The notes beneath the pieces are model-generated. The model was given only the letters and a program-made list of their open reading frames with translations, was not told the DNA's origin and made no database searches. From Oopsacas minuta (Eukaryota; Animalia; Porifera), in NCBI GenBank assembly GCA_024704765.1, contig JAKMXF010000004.1:62001-126000 (forward strand): a stretch of 64,000 nucleotides of DNA, given 5' to 3'. Positions 50,457 through 63,646 of this stretch are shown one piece after another; the stretch's first letter is position 1; each line of letters begins with the position of its first letter. The position numbers and the translations under genes are program-made.

Positions 50457-52563
50457 CAGTAAAACCTCCGAGATCCGGATTTCTGAGATCCGGACACCTC
50501 CCTAGACCGGACATGATTTTCTACGAAATAATATTATTGGTGGAAATATTCAGCACAATAAAACAAAAGAAGTTAATTATAAAAAGACAATAATGATGTC
50601 TGTTTAGTGGTTTTTACTCGTTTTCAGCAGCCCTGTTTCTCCATTTCTTTACTAGAAGCAAATGTTCTATCTGGGTATCCCCTTGGGACTCCAGCCATTC
50701 TAACACGGTTTCCAGGGCTTCGCATGCTTGTGCTGGGGTTACGCAAGGTCTAGGATGAGTAGTGTCTTCTTCAACATCAGTATTCGTAGCTAAAACTTCC
50801 GAGATAATTTCTTCATCGTCCAAAAGTTGATATCCTGGATCGTCATCTTCATCAAGCCACTCCTGTGGTCGTTGCCAATTTTCATCAATCTCTGAAGAGC
50901 CCATTTCCAAAAACATATCTGTGAATTCTCCCAATTCATTATTTGGTGAGGATGTGCTATCTACTGCCTCTAAAGAGCAATCGGAAAGTGGAAGTAATTT
51001 ATTCCAACCCGCTGATAAACTTTCTCGGGTTGCATCATCCCAACTTTGGGCCGCCCAGTACACTGCATCTCTGATCGTTACTAGTTTCAGGATTTCAGGT
51101 ATCGATAATTCTAATGTATGCTCCTCAAGGATTAAATGGCGTAATAGGCATTTCTTGTAACGTCGTTTCATTGCCTCCAAGATACCCTGATCCATGGGTT
51201 GAATGATTGAAGTGGTGTTCGCTGGTAAAAACATTGCTACTACTCTTCCATCTTCTGAATTAAGTTTTTCAACTGAAGGGTGTGCTGGTGCATTGTCCAA
51301 TAATAAGAGTGCCTTATAATCAATGGATACTTTCTTACAGAATTGTTTCACGAAAGGTAGGAATTTTAGTTGAAACCAAAGTTGAAACACTTTGGCATCC
51401 ATCCAAGATTTTTTTTGTACAAAATAACTAACTGGAAGACATTCCATATTAGTGTTTTTGAAGCAACGAGGCCTGGCACTCTTATGTATGAAGGCCAGCG
51501 GGATTTTACAGGATCCGGAAGCATTAGCGCAAGCAAGTAAAGTCACTCTGTCTTTAGACTGTTTGAAGTTCTTGAAATTTATTTCACCACCGGAAACAAG
51601 AGACTTTGATGGCATTAATTTCCACCAAAGCCCTGTCTCGTCGGCATTGAATATGTGATCTCGAGTGTACCCTCCCTTTTCTATCACACTCAGCAGTTCC
51701 TTACGATAGGGGTCGACAGCAGAGATGTCTGCTGAGAGCGCCTCGCCCTGGAGTGTAGCTGATCTTATGCCATGGCGATGACAAAATTTTTGGAGCCAAC
51801 CAGAGCTCGCACAGAATTCACCCAGATCGCTTTGAGGATAAATTTTCGGAAATAATTGTAAAGACTTCTCTTGTAGAAGAGGACCTGAAATAGGAGCACC
51901 CTTAGACCGCTGTTGTAGAAACCAAATATGGCATGCTGTATCAAGCTCTGGGAAGTGAACTTGCCTTATTATGCAGCGCTTCTACACGAGAGTGGGATTA
52001 TCGCAACACATTAGATACTGTTCAATCTTTTCTCTCCTTCTCCAGATATCATTTACGGTCGACCTCGATACATGAAGAATATCTGAAACTAACCTCTGCG
52101 ATTTGCCCTTCTGTAGTTCTGCTATGATATTCAGCTTTAACTCGAGACTAACTGCTTGATGTTTCCTTTTCTTTGATGATGCACATGCAGTCGCCATTAT
52201 TCTAATAGAGAACAATATTTTCATAAACGTTATTATTAGGTGTAGGTACGGATTCGGAAATCAGAGCAATAGGAGGAATAAATAAGGATAAAAATGCACC
52301 ATGTCCGGATCTCAGAGTGTAGAAATTTTGAGCTGTCCGGTTCTCAGAATATAATTAAATTTAGTGATACACACATATAAATATAAGATAATTTAATAAA
52401 AATCGATAGTACACAACTATGGGTGAAAAATAAATGGATAATGTTCGGATCTCAGAGAGTAGAAATTTTGTAGGCTTGACCGTTTTCGCATGTGATACTA
52501 AATGAAAATCCGAGATCCGGACACTGTTCGGACGGGACTGTCCGGATCTCGGAGGTTCTACTG
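50457..52563 (-). mobile_element. pogo/Tigger (Jerky/TIGD-like) element, near intact
   Basis: TIRs CAGTA(A/G)AACCTCCGAGATCCGGA with TA TSD and repeated subterminal GATCCGGA motifs. psq-type and CENP-B HTH, IFNADETG, LLLDNAPAH and IIQPMDQG. ORFs 51982-52224 and 50614-51687 share a frame, separated by one TAG. Confidence 0.95.
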
Positions 52564-52846
52564 TAGTCAATTCTCGCACCCAAATTGAGATTTTGAGACC
52601 CTTTTGACGCCACCCCGAAAATTCGGCCTAAAATGTTTCTCATGACCCAGCTATATACATAATTATTCTTCTATGATCAATGAACTCTTCAATCAGTGGA
52701 TCAATATCTATTGAATGTGTTATTCCCCTATCTGGGCTGTTTTTGATTAACCGAATTCAGAGGGCGGTTTAATCAATTATTCTTTGACACTATTAATGAT
52801 TTTTTCACAGTTATCCGGTTAACCGAATCCAGACATGTCTCTATTA

Positions 52847-55141
52847 CACAGCCCTGCGGAAAAAAAAATTTTATTTGCTGATTGTTATTGCAAAACATTT
52901 TCTAATCCACATTTTAATACTGATTTTGAATAATTTTGTAAAATATACGTATCACGTCTAGTTTTTTGCAAAATTATTTTTAAATATTGGTATATTTATC
53001 GATGAATGCATGATACCTCTACAAGTAAAATAGTGAAAATCTGCCATTTATAAATTTTTATTGATAATATAATCTTAATTAATAAACAAATTTGAATATA
53101 TTATTCTGAATCAGGAGTAAATTTCCGTTTTTTTGACATTCTAGCATGAATAACATCAATACAATCTCTCTTGAGGCACCAGCAGTAATCAGCCATCATA
53201 TAAACGTCCCACCTCCCCTGATATCGTGTTTCCATTGTTTTTATGTCTTGGTGGAATCGTTCACCTTGCTCCTCGGAAACAGCTCCAAGATCCTATGGAA
53301 AATAGTCAATATGACTGTGAAGAAAGTGAACTTTTACACTCATATTGCAGCCGAGATTCTTGTAAGATTCAATCAACTCATTCACAAGTATTTTATAATT
53401 AGGAGATTTCGTATTTCCCAAGAAGTTTTTCATGACATCTACAAATGCATTCCATGCACATTTTTCTTTGCATATCATAGAATTTGAAAAATTATCATCT
53501 CGAACAAGTTGTCTTATCTGAGGACCGTCGAATATACCGGCTTTTCTTTTTTCATCACTTAGGTAGTAAAATTTCTCGGTAATATATTTGAAACAATTTC
53601 CTTCTTTATCTAATGCCCTTACAAACTGTTTCATCAATCCTAATTTTATATGAAGTGGTGGAAGCAAAATCTTGAGAGGATCCACTAGAGGCTCGTGAAT
53701 AATGTTCTTATCTCCAACATTAAGATTGGTTCTAGTTGACCAGCTCTGTCTAGAATAGTGTTCGCTCTTTGCACGACTGTCCCATAAGCATAAAAAACAA
53801 GGGTATTTTGTATATCCTGATTGCTGTCCCAAAAGAATGCATATGATTTTTAAGTCACCACAGATTACTCAATTGTGCTGGTTATAATTAATTTTATGAA
53901 ACACAATTTTCATGTTATCATATCGTTCCTTTAAACTTACTGAATGTCCAATTGGTATGGAACTAAATTTGTTGCCATTATGAAGTAGAACACATTTCAA
54001 ACTTTGTTTTGAACTATCAATAAAGAGTCTCCAATCATTAGGTACATACGGACATCCAAGAGCATTAACTAGCGGTGAAACATCATGACAAAACACAAAT
54101 CCGTCTTCCATTATGAAATATTTCAAAAATTCGATCTCTTTGTTCCTATATGAGTAAAATTTTGTTTCTGGGAGAAGCAAGTTTTTTTCTTTTAGCCTAG
54201 AACCTAACAACTCCGCAGATTCTTTAGGTAAATCTAAATCACGTACCAAATCATTTAATTCAGACTGATTAAATAACTGTGGAGAATTAGAACGAGATAA
54301 TACACACGGAATAAAATCCTCATCTTCTCTAATTAATGAATCTCTAGTTTCACAATCATCAATTTCCGAGATAACACCCAAATTAGTAAATTTTGGAACA
54401 GGTACATCAATAGAATGGCGAACGGGTCGTATTGCTGAATGTAAATTTGGATACTTGATCAATGACTTGGTTTTAGCATTGAATCCGGAAATATTCGCCA
54501 TACAAAAGTAACAATCGCTAATGTGATTTTGTGGCTCTCTCCATATCATTGGAATTCCAAAACTTAAACTCTTTCTGATTCCTTTTGTCCATTGTCTCAA
54601 ATTTTCTACACAAGATCGGCACACTGTATGTGGAGCCCATGTTTTGTCTTGATCACCTAATCTCATTCCAAAATAATCTAAATATGCTTTTTTAACAAAT
54701 CCTGTTATTGCCGTAGTTTGTTTAGAAGTCATAAAACTCCCACAAATATAACAAAAGACGTCTGGATCATTACTGCACCTTCTCCGATAAGCCATATGAT
54801 AATAAAATATCAAAATAGTAGACTATAGTACAATAAAGCTGTATATAATAAAAATAAAAATAAAAAAATTATGTAGAAAAGAATAGAGTTAAAGGGACTA
54901 ATTAGAAAATGCAATAAAGCACGCATCTGTTTATTTCAAAAGACAAAAATTCACACATGTATCAAATATAATCATTTATTCTAGGGAAGTGTACTTAAAA
55001 AAATCGACTTACATTAAAATGACATTTGAGTAAAAACGAGACGTGATAGGGAAATTCTGATGACAGATTGAGAATCAGCATACTCAAGTTAACTAAAAAC
55101 AACCCATGGATAATAATCAGCAAATTTGACGCAGGGCAGTG
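52847..55141 (-). mobile_element. Chapaev3 (CMC superfamily) DNA transposon, full length
   Basis: TIR CAC(A/T)GCCCTGCG at both ends; 3-bp TSD TTA at 52844-46 and 55142-44; Chapa-like zinc finger CYICG...WAPHTVCRSC...WREPQNHISDCYFC. Confidence 0.85.
53101..54795 (-). pseudogene. Chapaev3 transposase, 565 codons with two in-frame stops
   Basis: ATG at 54795 to TAA at 53101 in one frame. Stops at QHN*VICGDLK (TGA, likely from TGG) and YFP*DLGAVSEEQGERFHQDI (TAG). Motifs RLFIDSS, LHIKLGLMKQF and KVHFLHSH. Confidence 0.88.
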
Positions 55142-55449
55142 TTATTAGTCAGAATTTCACAATGATTAAATTTCTCATGAAGCATGTAGTCTTCGTAGCA
55201 TGCTAAAAGATATTTCTGCTTCGCAAGTAGTTAGTATGTGCATATTCGGGATCATTAGCTTAAGTGTATCTTCATTGACCAACTTTTCCCTCAACGTTGC
55301 AACCCCATGCTGGTCCTGGATTTCTTTACAGATATTTCTCTCAAAGTGGAGGTTATACTGCTGATTTCCCCACTATAGAGCTCAGCTAGCGTGTTCAGCT
55401 CAGAATCTGTCCTCCAGACCTCTTTCCTATAACTCGACAACTACGAGAT

Positions 55450-56650
55450 CATTCTGGAAATACCTATCTAAAGGGATTTCGCACCAGTTCCCGTTACTAA
55501 CATGTATATATACATGCATAATGGCCTTATTTGTTCCTCCGGAACTTTGTAATGTACACGCTACTATGGGGACAATTTGGAACTGCCCCATGATGACGAG
55601 CAATGAAGTTTCCCCTAGGCGATTTTGGCAGGTCCACATATTGAAGCACCATATACCCTTGACCCCGTATTCCAGTTAACGGAAGGCCATAACTCATTAA
55701 CGAGGTTTTATCAGGTGGAGCAGACTATCAGTATTGGTACGGCTGGTGGTGTGGAAACCAAGGAGAACTTCTTCACTTTGCATATCAGCATTGCAAAGCG
55801 ACTACAAAATATAACTGTTCATTTCGGTTGATATGAGTTGTTTCGTCCAAAATATTTGTATATACTAGGTATTTATTGAAACCAATAGATTCAGCTATAT
55901 CCGATAAATTAAGCTCCTCGTAAAGAATGGGCAAGTGATTTTAGTACTTTATTCTGGATTTTTGGAGAAATGTAGCTTCATTTCGCTCCCTGCCATCAGA
56001 TACCGATTCACCATTAAATACAATTTCCCATTCCAGTTAATTGTGCTTTTATGGTTTGCAATCTTGTTTCCATCACGATGTCAGTATTGACGGCAGACGC
56101 TGGTGTCCGCTAAACCAAATACTTTCGAACACATCTCTAAGTCCCATTCTGTTGAGCTTAAATTCACTATTCCTTCCTGCCTGTCCAATAATATTTTATC
56201 CTTTTCAGCATTCCTGGCGAGGTTTATAGCAAATTCACCATTGCCGTGAATGCGCTTTCATTCTGCTTCCTAATACCATCATGACGACCCTTTTCGAAAT
56301 TCCTCCAGCCTGAAACATACACCTTCCATGGAAAGACACACACAGAATCTTATTAGAAGGTTTTAGGTGACGTAACTCGAATCCCAATGACTGCTATGCA
56401 ATACAATGAGTTCCCGTTTTCTGATAATTTTAACGAGGCAAACTCTTCAAACATGTTGACGTTGAATGGAATGGACGCTTTCTCCTTTGGCATAGAGTTA
56501 AGTATTCTTTGTTATACTATCTTTCTGGAATAGGCAATTCTATCAGCTCATTCTGTTCTTCAGATGAAGTGTTTGATTCATCTACATATGCAGTCATAAT
56601 TTCACAGTCTGATATTTATTTGTTCTTCGCGGGATCTCCACTCGGGCATT
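55450..56650 (-). pseudogene. Degraded ZMYM1-like hAT transposase, related to 10122-12832
   Basis: Minus strand reads ILDETTHINRNEQL...CNADMQSEEVLLGFHTTSRTNTDSLL...GIRGQGY, parallel to IILDETSDINRKEQ...CNAHMESEEVFLGFHTTIRTNADTLL. Confidence 0.8.
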
Positions 56651-57365
56651 GTATACTTTTTGTGAAATCACAATTCATAAATTTATATACGCAAAGTCAC
56701 ACAATGTTTATGAAACCAGAGAGAATGACATGTTTGTAAATTGAATATTTATTAACTTATACTTCGATGCTCTATATCGACGATCATTGGTGGCTCATAT
56801 TAACATCCCTACTACCCAAAATTCACCGACGATAGCGATGATCTCTGGATAAAATTTTTCAGTTTCTGAATACTTTGGTTCAGACAGGGTATTTTATTTT
56901 CTACCGTAGCATTCTATATACTAAGGCAATGGTATTGATTGATGGACTTGGACCCTGGATATGTCAAGTCAGTGCTAAAGAATTTTTTAGTTGTGATAAA
57001 TTTGTAACATTATATTTTGCCCTGGATGAATGTATCATTGATTTTTGACATCACTCGCAGTCTACATCTACAAACTATTTTCAGGCCAAAATTACGTAAT
57101 TTGAGTGCTTACTTAGTAATTATGTCAGATAATCTCCTAGATTTGAAACTCTGTAGAGAGTAAATTAATAGAATTTCGGTTTCTGGATTGATGCCATAGG
57201 ATTTCAGGATGTTGCTGTATAAACTATCAAAATTTTGTAATGATAAAGTTCGCACGTTCCAGAGTTATTGTAGTAACCATGGATGGCATATTTTTGCCAA
57301 TTTTCACCGATAACTTGACAACCTCCAAGCTATGGACAAATCATTAAACGAACATGTAGTATATA

Positions 57366-58746
57366 CCAGGTTGTTCAAAAGGCTGGAAACACTACCTTTT
57401 GAGCTTCCCATCCTACGTCATATATTGTAGCCCTTTGATATTCTAGATATGTCAAACTGTACTCCTGGGAGAGCAACTACCAGGCTGTGGACATGTCAGC
57501 AGCGAGCATTCTGTGTAGAGCCGTATTTGAAGAATACCAGTTTCTTGAAAATTCACGCAACCTACTGACAACAGTTCGGAACTGATAACCCGCCCTCCCG
57601 ATCGGCTATTTTCAAATTGGTTCGGAAGTTTAGGAGTGAAGGGACTGTCAAGAACCTGCACAAGCAGTATGACGTGCGCCATACCCCGCGTGGGAGGCCT
57701 ACAATCCGCATACCGGAGGTTATAGCCGTAATCCGCAAGTTAGTGCAGCAATTTCCCGATGTTCATCCCGAAAGCGTTTACAAAGTTTTGGAAATGTTTG
57801 CAAAAACTCGAGAACCACAATGCTCAGAGTGTGGAAAGAAGGTCTGGGCATGTTTCCTTACAGGATACAGATATGCCATAGACTTACAGCAGCGGACATG
57901 ACCAGGAGACTAGATATGGTCAATGTTTTAATTCGCAAGGTTGAGGACTGCCAGGGATTCTTCTCAGACTTGTGGAGAAGTTATGAAGCTCACTTCTACC
58001 TTAACTATCAAGTTAGTTCGACTAATAACATTTATTGAGGCACAAAAGCACCAATTCAGGTTACACAAAAGCCACTTCACTCCCCAAAAAGTGACTGTTT
58101 GGGCAGCACTATCAGGAAATAAAATTATTGGACCGTTCTCTTTTGAAAATGAAAATGGGATAACTGTAATGGTGAACTCTGAGCGATATATAGGGATCTT
58201 GGAGAGGTTTTGGGAGGAGTTAGATGCTACATGTGGCCCAAGAAGGACTAGACAGTACTTGCAGCAGGATGGAGCTACTCCCCATACGTCGAATATCACA
58301 ATCAAGTGGTTGAGAGATCATTTCAAGTCGCTGATCATCAGTAAAATTTGTACGATCGAATGGTCACCCCTTTCTCCAGACTTGAGTGCCCTAGATTGCT
58401 TTTTATGGGGGTTTCTCAAGGATCGGGCCTATGCATCAAAGCCCAGGAACATTTTCCAACTCAAGGAAAAGATCATAGAAGAGATAGGGCCATAAAAAGA
58501 GATGTTCTCCATAATGTTATGCAGAATTTTATCCTGAGACTACGCAAATGTCGGTAGGTAAACGGTGGAGACTTCGAGCAGATGCTCTAAAACACTACTT
58601 CCTATGGAGCCTGGATGCTTAAACTTAGCATATATTTAGAATTAGGTTTAGAGTACACATTAAATATGTTACATTGATGTTCATCGAAATTTTGGGGGAA
58701 TGAAGGGAGAATGTATATAGTGTTTCCAACCCTTTGAACCACCCGG
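57366..58746 (+). mobile_element. rosa/Visitor (DD41D) Tc1-mariner element, degenerate
   Basis: TIRs CC(A/G)GGT(T/G)GTTCAAA(A/G)GG(C/T)TGGAAACACTA with TA TSD; QQDGATPH to SPDLSALDCFLWG gives 41-residue spacing. Confidence 0.92.
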
Positions 58747-59951
58747 TACTTGACTTCCCATACCCTGTTGAATACCACAAAATTTAGAAGTCTAAAGTAG
58801 AATACTGAACATTGTTTTTAGAGTGTGCAAAAATTTTGCAATTGTTTTACTTTTGCATTCATTATTTATAAGAATCTTCTTGAATGTCTCGCCGATGATG
58901 GTATTACCGTAAATTACATAGTTTATGGTACTTTCTCTGATGAACATTTTGATAAAAACATTGTTTATGCGGGAAATTTGTGTAATTCTAATAGGTTAAA
59001 GTTGCAACACAAGTAGCAGGCACATCTGTAAGTAAATATTTCTATAACCAATTCGAGTCTACAGAAAATAGAAACTCAGCACTTAATTACGGCAATCTAA
59101 ATATAATTAAAAGCGCTGCCGTATTAAGAAAGGTTATATTTGATTTCTCAAGTTCACAAAGGTACCAAATGATAATTGGAGTGAATTGATTATTCTACGA
59201 TGGTATTTTCGGAATGCTACAGTGGGTAGTAATGTTAGAGGGTACATTCAGTTATTAGGACTTAACCCCTTTATTATTCATTTATATACTGGAGACCAAA
59301 CTAAAATCTTAGAATATTTTATAGATCAAGCATAATTCTTCACCTAGATGCTACTAGCTCAATCATTCGAAAGATTGAACCTTCCCAGCACAAAGTATTT
59401 TCTTATTTCCTCACAATCTAACATCCAACTTATTCTACCAGTCCCGTACCTCTGGCAGAGATGATGAGTTCTGTTCATACTAGCGCTGAGGTAATAATTT
59501 GTACACTAATGGTATCTTGATGCAAAGAAATAAGTTATGTTGTTAACATAGGACAAATTGAGATATATTTCAGCTGGGCGTTAATTCATAGTGTGTGTAA
59601 TGCTTTTCTTAAATGTGATATACTTATCTTGATAAATTTTGTAATAGAGTGGATACAAATTCTGCCCATCAGGAATAGAATTATATGTATTTCTCCATCT
59701 GTATTCTGCACATATAATGAATATTGTTGACTTTCAAATTCATAGGATATTATGTTAAATAAAGAAGTGAGAAAGTCGTTTTGGTATCCTTTGGATATCT
59801 AGTGCGTTGTACTAATTTATTCATATTAGTTCTGTGTTTATTTCCTTGTGTTTTGTCTTAAGGGTGAGAATCTGAATGGACAAGCATTAACCAATATTAG
59901 AATATTAGAACATTAAAGTATTATAGTAGTGACAGTTATTATGGTTTAGAT

Positions 59952-62900
59952 CAGTGTTTCTCAAACTTTTTTCGGACAGCGCCCCTTGTCAACAATATTC
60001 CCTCGATACCGCCCCCCTCCAGAAAGTCTAAATCTTTTTACTACACTCGTATTTGTTAATGATAATAAGTAATATTCATCAATTAATGAGAAGGGTGTAC
60101 TTGAGCGTGATGTTCGTCGATAATCTCATTCATATCTGGTTTCATATCAGTGAGCAGCAATCTCAAATCTCCGCATTGAGAAATATCGAGTCTGTTTCTT
60201 TGTTTCGTTAGTAATTGAACGACTGCACTAAAACCTCTCTCAACGAGATATGATGTCGGAAACGCCAGAACTAGCAGTTTTGCCACTTTCCACAAATTGG
60301 GAAATTTATTTCTTCCTGCGATTGCAATCCAAAATCTTTCATACCCCATCATTGTAAAATGAGCTTTTTCCTCGCAATCACTTTGCAAGTCCATCAACTC
60401 TTCCTGCAAATAGAGTGGAACTGTTGCGGCATCCACACAGAAAGGGTCAATTAGCCAATGAGGCGGTTCAAGTTCCAACAAGTCAGTGAATCGCTTTATC
60501 ATATCCGCTTTCAGTACTTCAAGATGTTCACAATATGCTAGCAAATCGTCATCTGAAATTTGGAGTCCTGCTAGGTGAGGGAACTGGTAAAATTCTCGTC
60601 GACCGATATTTTGTTTAAATAACGTTAGTTTCCCTATGAAGGAGCTGACAACAGTTTTACACTTGACCAGAGTGACTAAATTGCCTTGTAGTTGCAAGTT
60701 CATTGCGTTGAACTTATCAAAAATGTCAGTCAAGTAAGCTACATCTGATTTCGCTGCACTGACAAGCTGCATTAACTGCGGGTTCTCTTCCTCTAAAAAT
60801 TCTAAAATCGTGTCGAAAAGACTGCAAAACCGGCTGAGACACTTTCCTTTTGAGAACCACCTCACTTCTGTGTACAAAAGCAGACATTCAAATTCAGTTT
60901 CGTTTTCGTAACATATTTGGCGAAATATTCTTTCCTTGACTGCGGAAGCTTTGATTTTATTAATAACAGTAATGACGATATGCAATGAGTTGTGCAAGCG
61001 ACCACTTAGATGTTTTGCTACCAAATGTTCTCGATGGACGACGCAGTGAATAGCGAAAACCTCAGGCACAGCATTTTTCAAGTACAAATGAAACCACGAT
61101 GCCTACCAACTATAGCTGGCGCCCCATCTGTTGCACAAGCAATGCTATTATTCATGGGAATTTCCTTTTCCTGAAAGAAATTTTCCACAACTTTGTAGAT
61201 AGATTCACCTTTTGTATCAGTTACTAGTGGTCTAGCAAACAACATTTCTTCAACCATTATTCCTTCGAGAATATATCGGACATATGCAAGGAGCAGTGCT
61301 TCGTTACCTGGCAATGTGGATTCGTCAATTTTAAGAGAAAATTCCGTTATTTTAAGCATACTGTATAGTGTTTTCTCAACATCACTAGCCATCAAATTTA
61401 TTCTCCTAGCCACAGTATCATTGCTTAACGGAATGGACTTAATCACACTTCGCCCATCTGAATGCATAGCAGTTGTACAGTGTGTTCGGAAATTATTGGG
61501 ACTGATTATAAATTTATTATACTATGAATTCATGACTCGTAGAGATTTCTCGTTTTAACACTAAGTTAAAATACGTATAGTTGAAGAAATACTAGCATTA
61601 TTATCACATTCTATCAATAAGTAATTTTTTTCCCAGCATTGTCTAAACACAATCTAATTCTTTTGGGCATTGAAGTGCAAAAGGGACGGAGAAAGTCTGG
61701 ATCAAATGTTGCCCATATGTCCTGAATTGCCTGTTTTAGTTGGCTTACAGATTTAGGATGAAGTATAATCAACCTCCTTTTCAAAACTGCCCACAGATTC
61801 TCAATGGGCGCTAGGTCTGGACTATTTGGCGGCCAATCAATTCTAAGGGGGACGAACTCCGTCTTCCACCCCTTAGCTGCTCTGCCAGTGTGCCCAGGGC
61901 TGTTATCATCCCGTAAAACCCAGCTATTTCCTTATTTTGTGTTAGCCTCCTCAATAAGACACTCGCGAAGAGTGGAAATATACACCACCTGATTGAAATT
62001 TTCTGGGAAAATCCTCAGATGTGTAGTTCCCATTATCGAAATTCCACCCCAAAGATGAACTTTAGATGGATGCCTGAAGGTTGGCAGATGAACCGTTTGT
62101 CCCTTTTTAATCCACATGTTGACTCTTCCAGAGTCAAGCCAAACTGAACATTCATCAGTAAAGAAGGTCTTACTCCAGTCAAAACACTTCATTTCTTTAC
62201 ACCAGACGATTCTTTTGGATACATGGAGGTCGGTTAGTGCTGGAACTCGGACAGCCCGCTTGCTGACAAAGTTTTGCCTCTTTACTTGAGTATGAAGAGT
62301 ACTTATGGATACAGGAGAGCTCAATCTCGGTAGTATAGAACGTAGAGAGGTCCTCGGATTGCTTTGATACGAAGCAGCTATCCTTCTTTTGTCATTTGCC
62401 TTGATTTTTGAAGGACGACCAGCACCCCTTTTGTGCTGAAGGCTTATATATCTTTTATCAGATTCAAGACACGATATACAGTCTGCTTAGGTATACTTGT
62501 TCGCTGGCAGATATCCACTCCTTTGGTAATTCCTGCATTGTATAGTATCTCTATTTGATTTCTACGCTGTTGTTGGGTAGAGTGCATGTACATTGTACAA
62601 AATATGCAGTCTTAGATGACGGAAATGGGGTCTCGAAATATATATAGTTATATTTGCTTGGGAATCACAATATTTCAGCCAAACAAACGAAATATTATGT
62701 GAAATAGCGAATCTATTGGTTTTCTAACAATTATAGGAAGTGTATATATACAGTAAGGTAAATGGTTGTATAATATGCGCATAACCTGATGTCCTTCATG
62801 GTGATTCAATTAATCATGAAATGTCCTAATAATTTCCGAACATACTGTAACTGCTTCCTGGATTGCAGGTAAAATGAGGTTTTCACCAATTGTATGTGGC

Positions 62901-63646
62901 TTACCAGATTTGCAATTAGTAACGAAATGTTACAGGAGGCAACCAAACCATCAATGTTTTGTCTATCTATTTTTCCAAATATTCCGCCCATTGTTTTTCG
63001 GCTGTCTCTCATTTTAATGAAGAATTACACATCTTTCTCTACCTTATCACTGTGGCGCGATTTCAGATGATCAATCATTGTTGACGGCTTCATTCCCTCA
63101 TTAGAAAATACTTGTTCGCACAACAAACACATTGGGAGTTGTTCATTGGAAGGAGATTTAACAAATCCGTATTTGATATAATCAGCACTATACTGTCTAC
63201 ACTTCTTTTACTATTCATTTCTTCGATCGAGTTTATCAATTCCTTTCGGTTTAGATTTCTACGTATGTATTTATATTGAAATTAAACAGATTACTAACTA
63301 TTACGAAGTTTACATTTGTTTGAAGAACAATGATAATTATATTTCGATTAGGAAAGCCATAGACATTGTAACAAAATAATTCTTCATTCATTTTTAAGGA
63401 TTAGCTGTTGTTAATAATCACCAAGAGTATTACCACTGTAAATGTCTTTGATAATTGAAGTATTTGCTAGCACCTATTGTTAATGAATAATGAGGAATAT
63501 GATACCACTTTTTTGACCTGAGGTCGTATCTCTGTTTCGCTTTCTATAACCCACAGCGCCCCCCCAGCCCCCCTTGCTGCGTGGCCGCCCCCCTACAACC
63601 CTTCAGCGCCCCCCAGGGGCTCTACGGCCCACTTTGAGAAACACTG
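59952..63646 (-). mobile_element. hAT Buster/ZBED5-like element, full length, with nested Tc1
   Basis: TIR CAGTGTTTCTCAAA at both ends; exact 8-bp TSD GTTTAGAT at 59944-51 and 63647-54. BED finger (KKCRQYS...PMCLLC), IDEST, CATDGAP, HCVVHREHL, EVRWFSKG and FPTSYLVERGFS. Confidence 0.96.
61478..62847 (-). mobile_element. Tc1 (DD34E) element nested in the Buster transposase
   Basis: TIRs CAGT(G/A)TGTTCGGAAATTATT(G/A)GGAC with TA TSD; FFTDEC, DDNSPGH and SPDLAPIENLW with 34-residue spacing. Confidence 0.95.
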
